Below are positions 55,268 through 63,769 of a DNA stretch of 64,000 nucleotides, one piece after another. The notes under the pieces were generated by a model. That model had not been told where the DNA came from. It worked only from the letters and a program-made list of their open reading frames with translations, and made no database searches. Positions within the stretch are counted from its first letter, which is position 1, and each line of letters opens with the position of its first letter. The DNA lies in the NCBI GenBank assembly GCA_041746655.1, contig JBGTGR010000003.1, forward strand, positions 36,275-100,274, given 5' to 3'. This stretch comes from Elainellales cyanobacterium. Lineage in GTDB: Bacteria; Cyanobacteriota; Cyanobacteriia; Elainellales; Elainellaceae. The position numbers and the translations under genes are program-made.

Positions 55268-56567
55268 AATTTGTTTGTGCTGTAGCAACCAATTGTGTAT
55301 TCCAGGACAAAATAGGAGCAATAGCTCCTGGACGGCGGCGGCCTTGTAGGGAGTTCCAAAAGGGAGAAATGCCGTGATCTAAAACTACTTCAAACTGAAC
55401 AACCGGATCTAAATGCACAATCCAATATTGGTTGTGTATCCCAATTCGAGGTGCAAGATGATAGATACCTGCATTCAAAAGTCCGGCAGGAACATTACAA
55501 CACCAGCGATTTTTCCCTACTTGAACTGGAAGAGTTTGCTCAGGCGGTAGATCAGTTTGGTAGCTTCTCAACACAGTAAATCCATCCTGCGTTAGTAAGT
55601 CGAAGCCAATGCACAAACCAGGATGAACAGAACTAGAAACAAACTCTACTTCAAACAAGAGAGAATTTTTACTAGAGTAGACGCCGCCAGAATTACCGTC
55701 TTGAGAAGACACACGAACTGCTGTAAGCTTAAAATCCTGATTGCCCGGTGCAGACTCTTCTTTCCAAGCTATTTCACTATCAATATTACCTGTCATCGTA
55801 AGATATTGAGCTACGACAGGTTGACACTTTCCAAGACTGATCAGTTGTCCCTGCTTTAAGTAGATAGCTTTTTCACAAAGTGATTGGATCGCTTGCATGT
55901 TGTGGCTCACAAATATTACTGTGCGGCCTTCCTTGCCAACTTTCTCCATCTTGCCCAGACACTTTTTTTGAAACTGGGCATCTCCTACTGCTAAGACTTC
56001 ATCTACGATTAAAATCTCTGGCTCTAAATGGGCTGCCACTGCAAAGGCAAGGCGAACGTACATTCCAGAGGAATAGCGTTTTACAGGTGTATCAAGAAAT
56101 TTTTCTACCTCTGCAAACGCAACAATTTCATCAAACTTGCGCTTGATTTCAACCTTACTCATGCCTAAAATTGCGCCATTCAAGAAAATGTTTTCTCGTC
56201 CGGTCAACTCAGGATGAAAACCTGTCCCAACTTCCAGCAGGCTAGACACTCGTCCGCGAATCCGCACACTTCCTTGGGTGGGTTCAACAATTCGGCTTAA
56301 GACTTTCAATAGTGTCGATTTTCCGGCTCCGTTGCGACCAATGATGCCAACGCGATCGCCCTGGTTGACCTCAAACGACACATCCTTCAGTGCCCAAAAC
56401 TCCTCTCTTGTCGGATCTTCAGCCTGCTTTCGTCGGGTCAGCTTGTGACCGAGCGATCGCGTCCCGTTTGCAATCACGTCCCGCAGCGCCGTATATTTCT
56501 CTTGCTGCTGATGGCCAATGATGTATTTCTTGCTGAGGTTTTCGACTCGAATGACCGGATTCGACAC
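55248..56567 (-). CDS. wzt: Polysaccharide/O-antigen ABC exporter ATP-binding protein (Wzt) with a C-terminal extension of about 180 aa (putative glycan-cap-binding domain)
   Basis: Walker A GRNGAGKST, signature YSSGM and Walker B ILIVDE. 439 aa, against about 250 aa for an NBD-only homolog. The C-terminus is beta-rich. Confidence 0.8.
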   Translation of the reverse strand: MSNPVIRVENLSKKYIIGHQQQEKYTALRDVIANGTRSLGHKLTRRKQAEDPTREEFWALKDVSFEVNQGDRVGIIGRNGAGKSTLLKVLSRIVEPTQGSVRIRGRVSSLLEVGTGFHPELTGRENIFLNGAILGMSKVEIKRKFDEIVAFAEVEKFLDTPVKRYSSGMYVRLAFAVAAHLEPEILIVDEVLAVGDAQFQKKCLGKMEKVGKEGRTVIFVSHNMQAIQSLCEKAIYLKQGQLISLGKCQPVVAQYLTMTGNIDSEIAWKEESAPGNQDFKLTAVRVSSQDGNSGGVYSSKNSLLFEVEFVSSSVHPGLCIGFDLLTQDGFTVLRSYQTDLPPEQTLPVQVGKNRWCCNVPAGLLNAGIYHLAPRIGIHNQYWIVHLDPVVQFEVVLDHGISPFWNSLQGRRRPGAIAPILSWNTQLVATAQTNYDVEQV

Positions 56568-56722
56568 TATCTACCCCACCCTCACTATAGTTTTGACGGT
56601 TTCACAATAGAGGCGATCGCCTCAACCCAAAACCTTCTCAGATATCTTCTAACCTATTCATTGATTTCTCTCCACATCGGGACAAATCAAAGAGAAGACC
56701 TACAGGCCACCTCGACCCTCCC

Positions 56723-57565
56723 TCAAATCACATCCGCAAACTTGCGTTCCATCTTGCGAAAATACCAAATGCCACTCACAAAGAGCAGCGAAACTAGCCC
56801 CATCGACAGCAAGAAACCCGGCAAATAAAGCTTTGCCTCACCGCCCAAAATCGCCCAGCGGAAGCCATCAATTACCCCCACCATTGGATTGAGCGAATAA
56901 AGAAACCGCCATTGCTCCGGCACAATGCTGCTGCTAAAGCCGACCGGAGAAATATAGAGACCAAACTGAACAATAAACGGCACAATATAGCGAAAATCCC
57001 GATATTGCACATTTAATGACGCCAGCCACAACCCCGCACCCATTGAGGCGGCAAAGGCGATCGCAATAAATAGCGGCAATGTCAAAATTCGCCAAGTGGG
57101 CACATAGTCATACCAGATCATCAGCCCCAGCAAGATCATGCCTGAAATCAAGAAATCTACAAAGCTGACAATTACTGCACTTGCAGGCACCACCAAGCGC
57201 GGAAAATAGACCTTTGAAATCAAATTGGCATTCCCGATCAAACTGCCGCTACACTCCGACAGCGCATTGGCAAAAAATTGCCAGGGCAACATCGCCGCAA
57301 ACACCAAAATCGGATAGGGCACGCCTTCCGACGGCAAGTTGGCCAACCGCCCAAACACCACCGAAAACACTACCATCGTCAAGAACGGTCGAATCAGCGC
57401 CCAAACTACCCCAATTGCCGTCTGCTTATAGCGCACCAAAATATCGCGCCACGCCAAAAAGTAAAATAGTTCTCGATAGCGCCACAAATCTCGCCAATAT
57501 TGCCGCTCGGTCCGTCCGGCCTCAATCACCAATTCGGTCTGAGCTGCATTTGCAGAATGAGACAT
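56723..57565 (-). CDS. wzm: ABC-2 type polysaccharide exporter permease (Wzm)
   Basis: 280 aa with 6 hydrophobic segments. WRYRELFYFLAWRDILVRYKQT is a typical ABC-2/Wzm N-terminus. Confidence 0.8.
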   Translation of the reverse strand: MSHSANAAQTELVIEAGRTERQYWRDLWRYRELFYFLAWRDILVRYKQTAIGVVWALIRPFLTMVVFSVVFGRLANLPSEGVPYPILVFAAMLPWQFFANALSECSGSLIGNANLISKVYFPRLVVPASAVIVSFVDFLISGMILLGLMIWYDYVPTWRILTLPLFIAIAFAASMGAGLWLASLNVQYRDFRYIVPFIVQFGLYISPVGFSSSIVPEQWRFLYSLNPMVGVIDGFRWAILGGEAKLYLPGFLLSMGLVSLLFVSGIWYFRKMERKFADVI

Positions 57566-57583
57566 AAGTCTGCTCTCGTAGAA

Positions 57584-57970
57584 TTACCATACCCGACTTC
57601 TGGGATTGGCCCGAAGCTGCTGTAATTGTGCTGGAGGCAAACTACTCAGCAGCGATCGCGCCTCTGCAATCAGCTCAGCCAATCGCGCACAAGACACCCC
57701 ACCTGGACTTCCTTCTGCTAGGCAGTCTTCATACTGGTCATCTAGCTCCGCCAAAAGCTGCTGCGCTCGTTCTGCAACGCCTGGTGGCGCATAGATCACA
57801 TTTCCGACCACAATTGGCCCCGGCATCTCAGACACAACATTTCCGGTGATATCAGAATTGTTTGGAAAATTGTTGGCCATCGCGTCCGGCACGATGCCAA
57901 ATAGGGCGATCGCCCCGCCCATCATGGCAATTTGAGCCAGGTTAACTAAATTCCATCGATGCTGCATCAT
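57584..57970 (-). CDS. Hypothetical secreted protein
   Basis: Signal-like MMQHRWNLVNLAQIAMMGGAIALFGIVPDAMA. The start was chosen to avoid overlap with the upstream gene. No family recognised. Confidence 0.4.
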   Translation of the reverse strand: MMQHRWNLVNLAQIAMMGGAIALFGIVPDAMANNFPNNSDITGNVVSEMPGPIVVGNVIYAPPGVAERAQQLLAELDDQYEDCLAEGSPGGVSCARLAELIAEARSLLSSLPPAQLQQLRANPRSRVW

Positions 57971-58028
57971 TGAATTAGCTCCTCGGTGAATGATCTGCAT
58001 CTCCATTCCTCTCTTCAGGGCAATTTCC

Positions 58029-59237
58029 CTAAAACTGGAACGAAATCCCACTTCCCAACACAAATCGAGGCCCATCCCCCGCGCCCGCCAAATCTCGCAC
58101 CGCAGGCGTAATCACCCAAGGAATATCGGGAAACGGCGTGATCGACATCCCAACCGCCAAATCTTGCCCCGTCCATTCCACAATGGCGCTCATCGGCTGT
58201 ATGACCCGGATCGCCGCACTGCCAAACACATTAAACGAGTTCACCTCGTCTTGAATGTCTTGCTCTGAGCGAAACCGCCCATTACCCACCCCAGCCGTCA
58301 GCGCAATCCGGCTCAAGGGATTATTAATATCGGGTGTCGTCCGAATGATGTGCGTCACCGAACTGTAGAGCGTATTCTCAAAGTCGTTATCATCGCCCAG
58401 ATTGAGGAAGCCATCCCAGCCTGCGGCCACACTCCAGCTATCTGAAAGCCGACGATGCACCTTTGCATTAAAGCCACCACTACCAAAGTCGCGATTGCTG
58501 CCCAGGCTCGCCAGCGTATAAGACAACTGCACCCCCACCGACTCACGAGCATCTCCCAAGCCGATTCCAGCCCCAATCGTGGCGTCGGGCACATTAGCAT
58601 AGCGCGTGCGGGCCTGATAGCTCGCATTCACAAAGCCACGCAAATTGTCAGCACCATAGCCCGACGGATTGGAAATTGTAATAGCAGGCGACCCCGCAAA
58701 TACATCACCAAACTCTGACTCTGGCTCTACTTGCGATAGTTGAGACTGAAGATCTTCAATCTCAGTCCGGTCGGGAATAGCCACCGGAGTCGGAGCAGGC
58801 GTTTGCGCCACTATAAATTGCTCTGACTGGGCTAGCTGTTCTGGCTGGGCTGGCGGCTCAACTGGCAACACCTCAACTGGCAACACCTCAACCTTGACCG
58901 ATCGCTCTAGCTCCATCGTTTCAGGCGCGATCGCACTCACTGTAATAGCCTCGGGTGCAGCACCCCGTACAGTATCCGGTACAGACTGCAGCGCCACAGG
59001 CTCGACCTGGGTCGGTTCGACCTTGGTAGGAGTAGCGGCACTGAGAGAAGACTCCATCACCAGCTCAGGAGGGGCGATCGCCTCAACCACCTCAACCACG
59101 ACAGGTTCAGACGTGGCTACATCCCCGGCTCCGGGCATCTCAGGCTCAAAATCAACAGGTTGGGCGATCGCAGCCTGAGATAGCTCGTTGGCGGCTAGAG
59201 CCGCTAAAGTATAAATCGCAGCAGTCGAAACACGCAT
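58029..59237 (-). CDS. Putative outer-membrane beta-barrel protein with a Pro/Glu/Val-rich N-terminal region
   Basis: Signal peptide MRVSTAAIYTLAALAANELSQAAIA/Q. The acidic P/E/V-rich ~170-aa region includes (VEVLP)2. The C-terminal ~220 aa alternate hydrophobic and polar residues and end in ...GISFQF (terminal Phe). Confidence 0.45.
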   Translation of the reverse strand: MRVSTAAIYTLAALAANELSQAAIAQPVDFEPEMPGAGDVATSEPVVVEVVEAIAPPELVMESSLSAATPTKVEPTQVEPVALQSVPDTVRGAAPEAITVSAIAPETMELERSVKVEVLPVEVLPVEPPAQPEQLAQSEQFIVAQTPAPTPVAIPDRTEIEDLQSQLSQVEPESEFGDVFAGSPAITISNPSGYGADNLRGFVNASYQARTRYANVPDATIGAGIGLGDARESVGVQLSYTLASLGSNRDFGSGGFNAKVHRRLSDSWSVAAGWDGFLNLGDDNDFENTLYSSVTHIIRTTPDINNPLSRIALTAGVGNGRFRSEQDIQDEVNSFNVFGSAAIRVIQPMSAIVEWTGQDLAVGMSITPFPDIPWVITPAVRDLAGAGDGPRFVLGSGISFQF

Positions 59238-59650
59238 ATCACTACATCTAGGGGGTCTTTGGGAACACAGCCGCTCAAAGCACTAAGCCTACCTGCCTCT
59301 CTAGGTACAGCAGGCACAGCAGGCATAGCAGACTCAGAATCACAGCCTGACAAGCTTGGATCAGCCCAAGAATCTACGCAGTTAAAAATCGCTGTGATGT
59401 CTTAGCATTAACCACTGATACGGCCACCCCCCTCGGCAATCAGGACAATCCCAAGCGGAGGCCTACCCTTATATCCCCAAACCTAGATTTGGTCAGCTAT
59501 CTAGCATCAGTAAACTTCTCATAAAGCCTCGTAAAGCCCCATAACGGCAAGCTTCGCAACGGAATGATCTACATGATCTGTTTGTAGGCACCTTGCTATA
59601 AAACGGCTGCCAAACCTTGCCCTCCAGCCAACTGCTCCTCGGCCTATCCT

Positions 59651-59695
59651 CAGCCAAACCCTAGCCAAACCCCGGCCAAACCTCAGCCAATCACC
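59651..59695. repeat. Degenerate ~11-12-nt tandem repeat (AGCCAAACCYY x4) in a 570-bp intergenic region
   Basis: cagccaaaccct agccaaaccccg gccaaacctc agccaatcacc read directly. Confidence 0.7.
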
Positions 59696-59809
59696 CCATT
59701 CCCGTACGCAAAATAGTGCAGTATATTAAATAAGCATTAGAAATATTGCAGACTTTAAATCTTCGTATCTGGTCTGCTTGCGATACTCATTTCCCCTCCC
59801 TGATGGTGT

Positions 59810-60238
59810 ATGAAGCCTTCGGATCAAACCCGTGGTCAACTGGAACGGACTCTTTCCCAACGCATAGAAGCTTTCTATTTCGACGAGCTTGGACATCGGC
59901 CTAGTAAAGTGACCTGCCATATTTTCGGGCAACAGATCGCACTGCTCCTAGAAGAGGCGATTACTCAACCTGAACAAATCCTCAGCCGAGTGGGACAAGA
60001 TGAGTTGGCAGAACAGGTTCGCACCGATTTAGATAAGGCCATGCGGCCTCAGATGATTCAACTGATTGAGGAAGTCGTGGGTGTTCCAGTCACGGATGTC
60101 CTCAGCGATGCAACCCTCGAAACGGGACGCACTGGGACAATCATCGTGTTAGCCGAATCTCCTCAGCTGCGCGAAACCGGCACAAGTAGCCGTCTCAAGA
60201 AGCAGAAGGTAACAAACTCAAGTTCCGATGAACCATAG
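59810..60238 (+). CDS. DUF2294-family protein
   Basis: 142 aa. GQLERTLSQRIEAFYFDELGHRPSKVTCHIFGQQIALLLEEAITQPEQIL ... ETGRTGTIIVL fits the DUF2294 pattern as I recall it. Confidence 0.5.
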   Translation: MKPSDQTRGQLERTLSQRIEAFYFDELGHRPSKVTCHIFGQQIALLLEEAITQPEQILSRVGQDELAEQVRTDLDKAMRPQMIQLIEEVVGVPVTDVLSDATLETGRTGTIIVLAESPQLRETGTSSRLKKQKVTNSSSDEP

Positions 60239-60629
60239 CCTCTAGCTCATCTAGATTGTAGGGTTTGTTTAAATAATCTCGGCAACCCAGCGCCAGAATC
60301 TGATCTCGTTCGCTGCATTTTGCCAATGCCGTTACCGCAATAATGGGGATCTGGCAGGTTTCTGGATCTGCCTTGAGCGTCTGGATCACTTCAACGCCGC
60401 TGATGTCAGACAGCACAATATCCAGCAAAATCAAGTCAGGTTGATAGGTTCGGGCCATTCGGGGGACAGCTTTCCCTTTCAGCGTACTGACGTGCGAAAA
60501 GCCAAACAGCTCCAGCGCATGCAGCAACAGGAGCAAGTTATCTTCGTTATCATCTGCCGCCAAAACCAGAGGTCGGGCAACAACGGGCTGAAGTCCAAAG
60601 GTCGGAAAGAGTTCCAAGTCCATACTCAT
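60195..60629 (-). CDS. Single-domain response regulator (CheY-like receiver)
   Basis: LVLAADDNEDNL ... DLILLDIVLSDISGVEV ... IIAVTALA ... KP. Its 3' end overlaps the convergent DUF2294 gene by 44 nt. Confidence 0.8.
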   Translation of the reverse strand: MSMDLELFPTFGLQPVVARPLVLAADDNEDNLLLLLHALELFGFSHVSTLKGKAVPRMARTYQPDLILLDIVLSDISGVEVIQTLKADPETCQIPIIAVTALAKCSERDQILALGCRDYLNKPYNLDELEAMVHRNLSLLPSAS

Positions 60630-60882
60630 CCATAAAAGCTGTAGTCGGGTTAGTTTTTGTTGGAGAAGTGTAGACGAGGCATCTCGGGGGTGGCTGCAAT
60701 AGCTGAGGCACCCTCAGCCCGATGGCTCGCACAAACTGATCATGTTCTTCTGAAGCCAGCTTCTGATCAGCTGCGAAACAGAATTTGATTTTAATAATAA
60801 CTTAATACTTTGCTGAAATGACCATCGAGGGTAATTAATTTGTACATTAATCTACTCATTAAGTAGATGAGCTTAATTATTT

Positions 60883-60952
60883 GTAGGATGTGTTAGGCGT
60901 AGCCGTAACGCATCAAAGCCTGGGGAATGGTGCGTTACTAACAGCACCCTAC
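60883..60952. repeat. Imperfect inverted repeat element (arms GTAGGATGTGTTAGGCGTAGCCGTAACGCATC / GGTGCGTTACTAACAGCACCCTAC) immediately 3' of gcvT
   Basis: Read directly. The arms pair through GTAGG.TG..GTTAG...GTAACGCA.C. It resembles small dispersed palindromic elements of filamentous cyanobacteria. Confidence 0.5.
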
Positions 60953-60978
60953 AGCATCATTTATTTATGTCCACCTAC

Positions 60979-62124
60979 TTATGTTGCAGCTGCACGATAG
61001 AAGGGACGCTTCACCACGATCGCCCGATAGGCCGTCTCCCGGATCTCAACGGATAGCGTCTGTCCGACTTTGGCGAGGGGAGTTTCTACATAGGCCAAGG
61101 CGATCGGCTGCTGAGCACCGGGAGGCAGGGTGCCACTGGTAACTTCTCCTACCTTTTTGCTGCCTTGCAGTACTGGATAGCCGTGGCGAGCAATGTTGCG
61201 CTCCTGCATTTGCAGACCGACCAGCCGCCGCCTGACGCCCACCTGCTTTTGCTGCTCCAAAACCGCGCGACCGATGAAGTCTCCTTTGCGATCGAGGTGA
61301 ACTAGCCAGCCCAGGCCTGCTTCTAGCGGTGTTGTCGAGTCATCGATGTCTTGTCCATAGAGAGGCATGGCGGCTTCTAGGCGGAGAGTGTCGCGGGCAC
61401 CCAAACCACAGGGCGTTACATTGACGGCTAGGAGCGATCGCCACAAAGCCTGTCCCACATCGGGGGAGACCATGACTTCAAAGCCATCTTCCCCGGTGTA
61501 GCCTGTCCGGGCCAAGAAGGCGGGATATCCCAAAACAGTCCCGTTGAGGTGGCCAAACCGCTTCACCGACTGCAGATCTTCCGTCACCACCGACTGCAGC
61601 GCCTGCAAGGCCTCTGGCCCCTGCACCGCAATCAGCACCCGATCTAGGGAAAGGTCGTCAAAGTCAATCTCAAAGGTAAAGTGATTGAGCATCCAATCCA
61701 TGTCTTTCTCTGCTGTCGCCGCATTGACAATGGTGGTCACCTGCTCTTCACCAGCCGCATTCGTCCCCTGATAGTAAATGATCAGGTCGTCGATAATGCC
61801 CCCCTGCGGATTGAGCAACACGGTATATTGAGCGCTCCCCGGCTGCAACTGACTCAGATCAGAAGGCACCAGGTTTTGGAGCTGTTTGATTAGCCCTGGC
61901 CCCCGCATCTCAAACTTGCCCATATGGGAGATATCAAACATGCCAGCTTGCTGCCGCACAGCCTGATGCTCTTGGCTAATGCTGCTGTACTGCACTGGCA
62001 TTTCCCATCCCGCAAAGGGTGTCATGCGGGCTTGCAACTCCAAGTGCAGTGGATATAGTGGCGTGTGAGCCAGAGACGAAGTAGAGGATTCAGATGCGCT
62101 TGACTTAGCCACAGACCATCCCAA
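60979..62124 (-). CDS. gcvT: Glycine cleavage system T protein (aminomethyltransferase)
   Basis: TPLYPLHLELQARMTPFAGWEMPVQY ... GMFDISHMGKF ... ARTGYTGEDGFE. Confidence 0.9.
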   Translation of the reverse strand: MGWSVAKSSASESSTSSLAHTPLYPLHLELQARMTPFAGWEMPVQYSSISQEHQAVRQQAGMFDISHMGKFEMRGPGLIKQLQNLVPSDLSQLQPGSAQYTVLLNPQGGIIDDLIIYYQGTNAAGEEQVTTIVNAATAEKDMDWMLNHFTFEIDFDDLSLDRVLIAVQGPEALQALQSVVTEDLQSVKRFGHLNGTVLGYPAFLARTGYTGEDGFEVMVSPDVGQALWRSLLAVNVTPCGLGARDTLRLEAAMPLYGQDIDDSTTPLEAGLGWLVHLDRKGDFIGRAVLEQQKQVGVRRRLVGLQMQERNIARHGYPVLQGSKKVGEVTSGTLPPGAQQPIALAYVETPLAKVGQTLSVEIRETAYRAIVVKRPFYRAAAT

Positions 62125-62209
62125 GTTGAGTTCAACTCGATCCTAAATGAAAGTGGGCCAAGGGAACACGAACAATTCCCCATAACCCCTTCCTTTCAGT
62201 CTAGATCCG

Positions 62210-63769
62210 CTAACTGATCCCGAATGCCTCACTAGGATTGACGGCAGTCCGAATTTTTTTCAGGAGTTGCTCAAAGGGCTGCCAATTATCCTCTACAGTA
62301 ATGGGTTCCCAAATCGCTTCAATCTCAGGACGGACTAGCACTAGGGTCGGGTTGTGCTGACTGAGCCGCTGAGCAATCTGGGGGAGTTCAGAGTCAGGCT
62401 GGCTCGTCAGGATTTGCTGATAAAGCTGCTGCCAGCGTTCGATGCAGTTTTTGGCAGCGTCGGATGCCGCGTTAGATGCAGGGTTTGATGCAGCAGGATT
62501 AGATGCAGCGTCAGATGCAGGACTAGATATGCTGCTGGAAGACATCGCCAAAAGACTCGCTTGAAACTGGCTAGAGCCTTCTCGCCATTGCGGATCAAAT
62601 TGCTGTCGCAGCTGTAGGAAAAATTCGTGATAGCCCACCTGAGTTTCCTGCAACAGCTCAATCGTGTGGGAGAGCAAATCATCAGCTTGGTCTACAGGCA
62701 GCGACTCAAAGCCGAGTTTTTGGATCATGCGCTGTCGATAGGCGGAATAGTAAGTGTCTTCAAACTGAGCCAGTCCTGCTTCCATCTCAGCCACCGGCAT
62801 GACGAGCTGGAGTGGTACTTGCAGCATTTGGAGGTTCCAACGGCAGATTATCGGCTGATTGCCGTAGCTATAGCGTCCAAAGTAGTCAAAGTAGGCCGCC
62901 GTAAAGCGAGGGTTGTAGCGGTCGATAAAGGCGTAAGGGCCGTAGTCAAAGCTTTCTCCGGTAATCGACATGTTGTCGGTGTTGAGGACAGCATGACAAA
63001 AACCAACTGACATCCATTGGGCAACCAGTTCTGCAACGCGCTGCACTAATTCGGCGTAGAACCGGGCATAGCGATCGCCCTCATTCCATAAATGCGGATA
63101 ATATTGCTGAATCGTGTGGTCAAGCAGCTTTTGAATCAGATCGGGGCGGTTTAGCACCTGCAATCGTTCAAATGTGCCAAAGCGGATGTGAGAGCGGTTA
63201 AACCGCACCATCACCGAAGAGCGCGTTGGGGAGGGCTCGTCTCCCCGCCAGAGTCCCTCTCCGGTCTCGATCATGCTGAGACAGCGCGACGTGCGAACAC
63301 CCAAGGTATGCAGCGCTTCTGCAGCCAACACTTCCCGGACGCCGCCCTTGAGGGTGAGCCGTCCATCCCCGCCGCGAGAGTAGGGTGTTGGGCCTGTCCC
63401 TTTGGTGCCGAAGTCATATAGCTCGCCATCGACGCCGCGAACCTGCCCATACAAAAAGCCGCGACCGTCGCCCAGGTTGGGGTTGTATTCCCCAAATTGA
63501 TAACCGTGATAACGCAGGGCTAGAAAGCGATCGCGCCCCTGAAAGCGCCCAAAAGCTTGAATAAAATCGGCATCCGTCACAGCGGTTGGATCAAGTCCCA
63601 GCTTCAGCAACAGATCATCATTGCGAAACCGCAGGATATGACGGGGAAATTCGGCAGCAGCGACAACATCGTAGTAATCGTCTCCGAGGGATTCCAGCGC
63701 CGGTTCGTAATTTAGCGTCAGGAATGGATTGGGGCTATGAGTCAAGTCGGGCGCTTCAGGAAAGATCAT
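62210..63769 (-). CDS. selO: Protein adenylyltransferase SelO (YdiU/UPF0061)
   Basis: [20 protein letters not shown] ... [41 protein letters not shown] ... [23 protein letters not shown]. Start taken at the ATG at 63769 (MIFPEAPD); the track ORF extends to 63907. Confidence 0.85.
   Translation of the reverse strand: MIFPEAPDLTHSPNPFLTLNYEPALESLGDDYYDVVAAAEFPRHILRFRNDDLLLKLGLDPTAVTDADFIQAFGRFQGRDRFLALRYHGYQFGEYNPNLGDGRGFLYGQVRGVDGELYDFGTKGTGPTPYSRGGDGRLTLKGGVREVLAAEALHTLGVRTSRCLSMIETGEGLWRGDEPSPTRSSVMVRFNRSHIRFGTFERLQVLNRPDLIQKLLDHTIQQYYPHLWNEGDRYARFYAELVQRVAELVAQWMSVGFCHAVLNTDNMSITGESFDYGPYAFIDRYNPRFTAAYFDYFGRYSYGNQPIICRWNLQMLQVPLQLVMPVAEMEAGLAQFEDTYYSAYRQRMIQKLGFESLPVDQADDLLSHTIELLQETQVGYHEFFLQLRQQFDPQWREGSSQFQASLLAMSSSSISSPASDAASNPAASNPASNAASDAAKNCIERWQQLYQQILTSQPDSELPQIAQRLSQHNPTLVLVRPEIEAIWEPITVEDNWQPFEQLLKKIRTAVNPSEAFGIS

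Noticed and set aside
55623-56146. 78- and 88-aa plus-strand ORFs
   Set aside because: They are antisense to the well-supported wzt gene.
34496-57565. Treating the glycan locus (especially its sulfotransferases and Wzm/Wzt exporter) as part of the lasso cluster
   Set aside because: It lies on the opposite strand, is a self-contained polysaccharide pathway, and its sulfotransferases are 14-18 kb away. ABC-2 Wzm/Wzt are not lasso-type exporters. Adjacency alone does not support functional linkage.
62125-62209. Glycine riboswitch upstream of gcvT
   Set aside because: The spacer is only about 85 nt, and I could not recognise the conserved glycine-aptamer core. It is too short for even a single aptamer plus expression platform.
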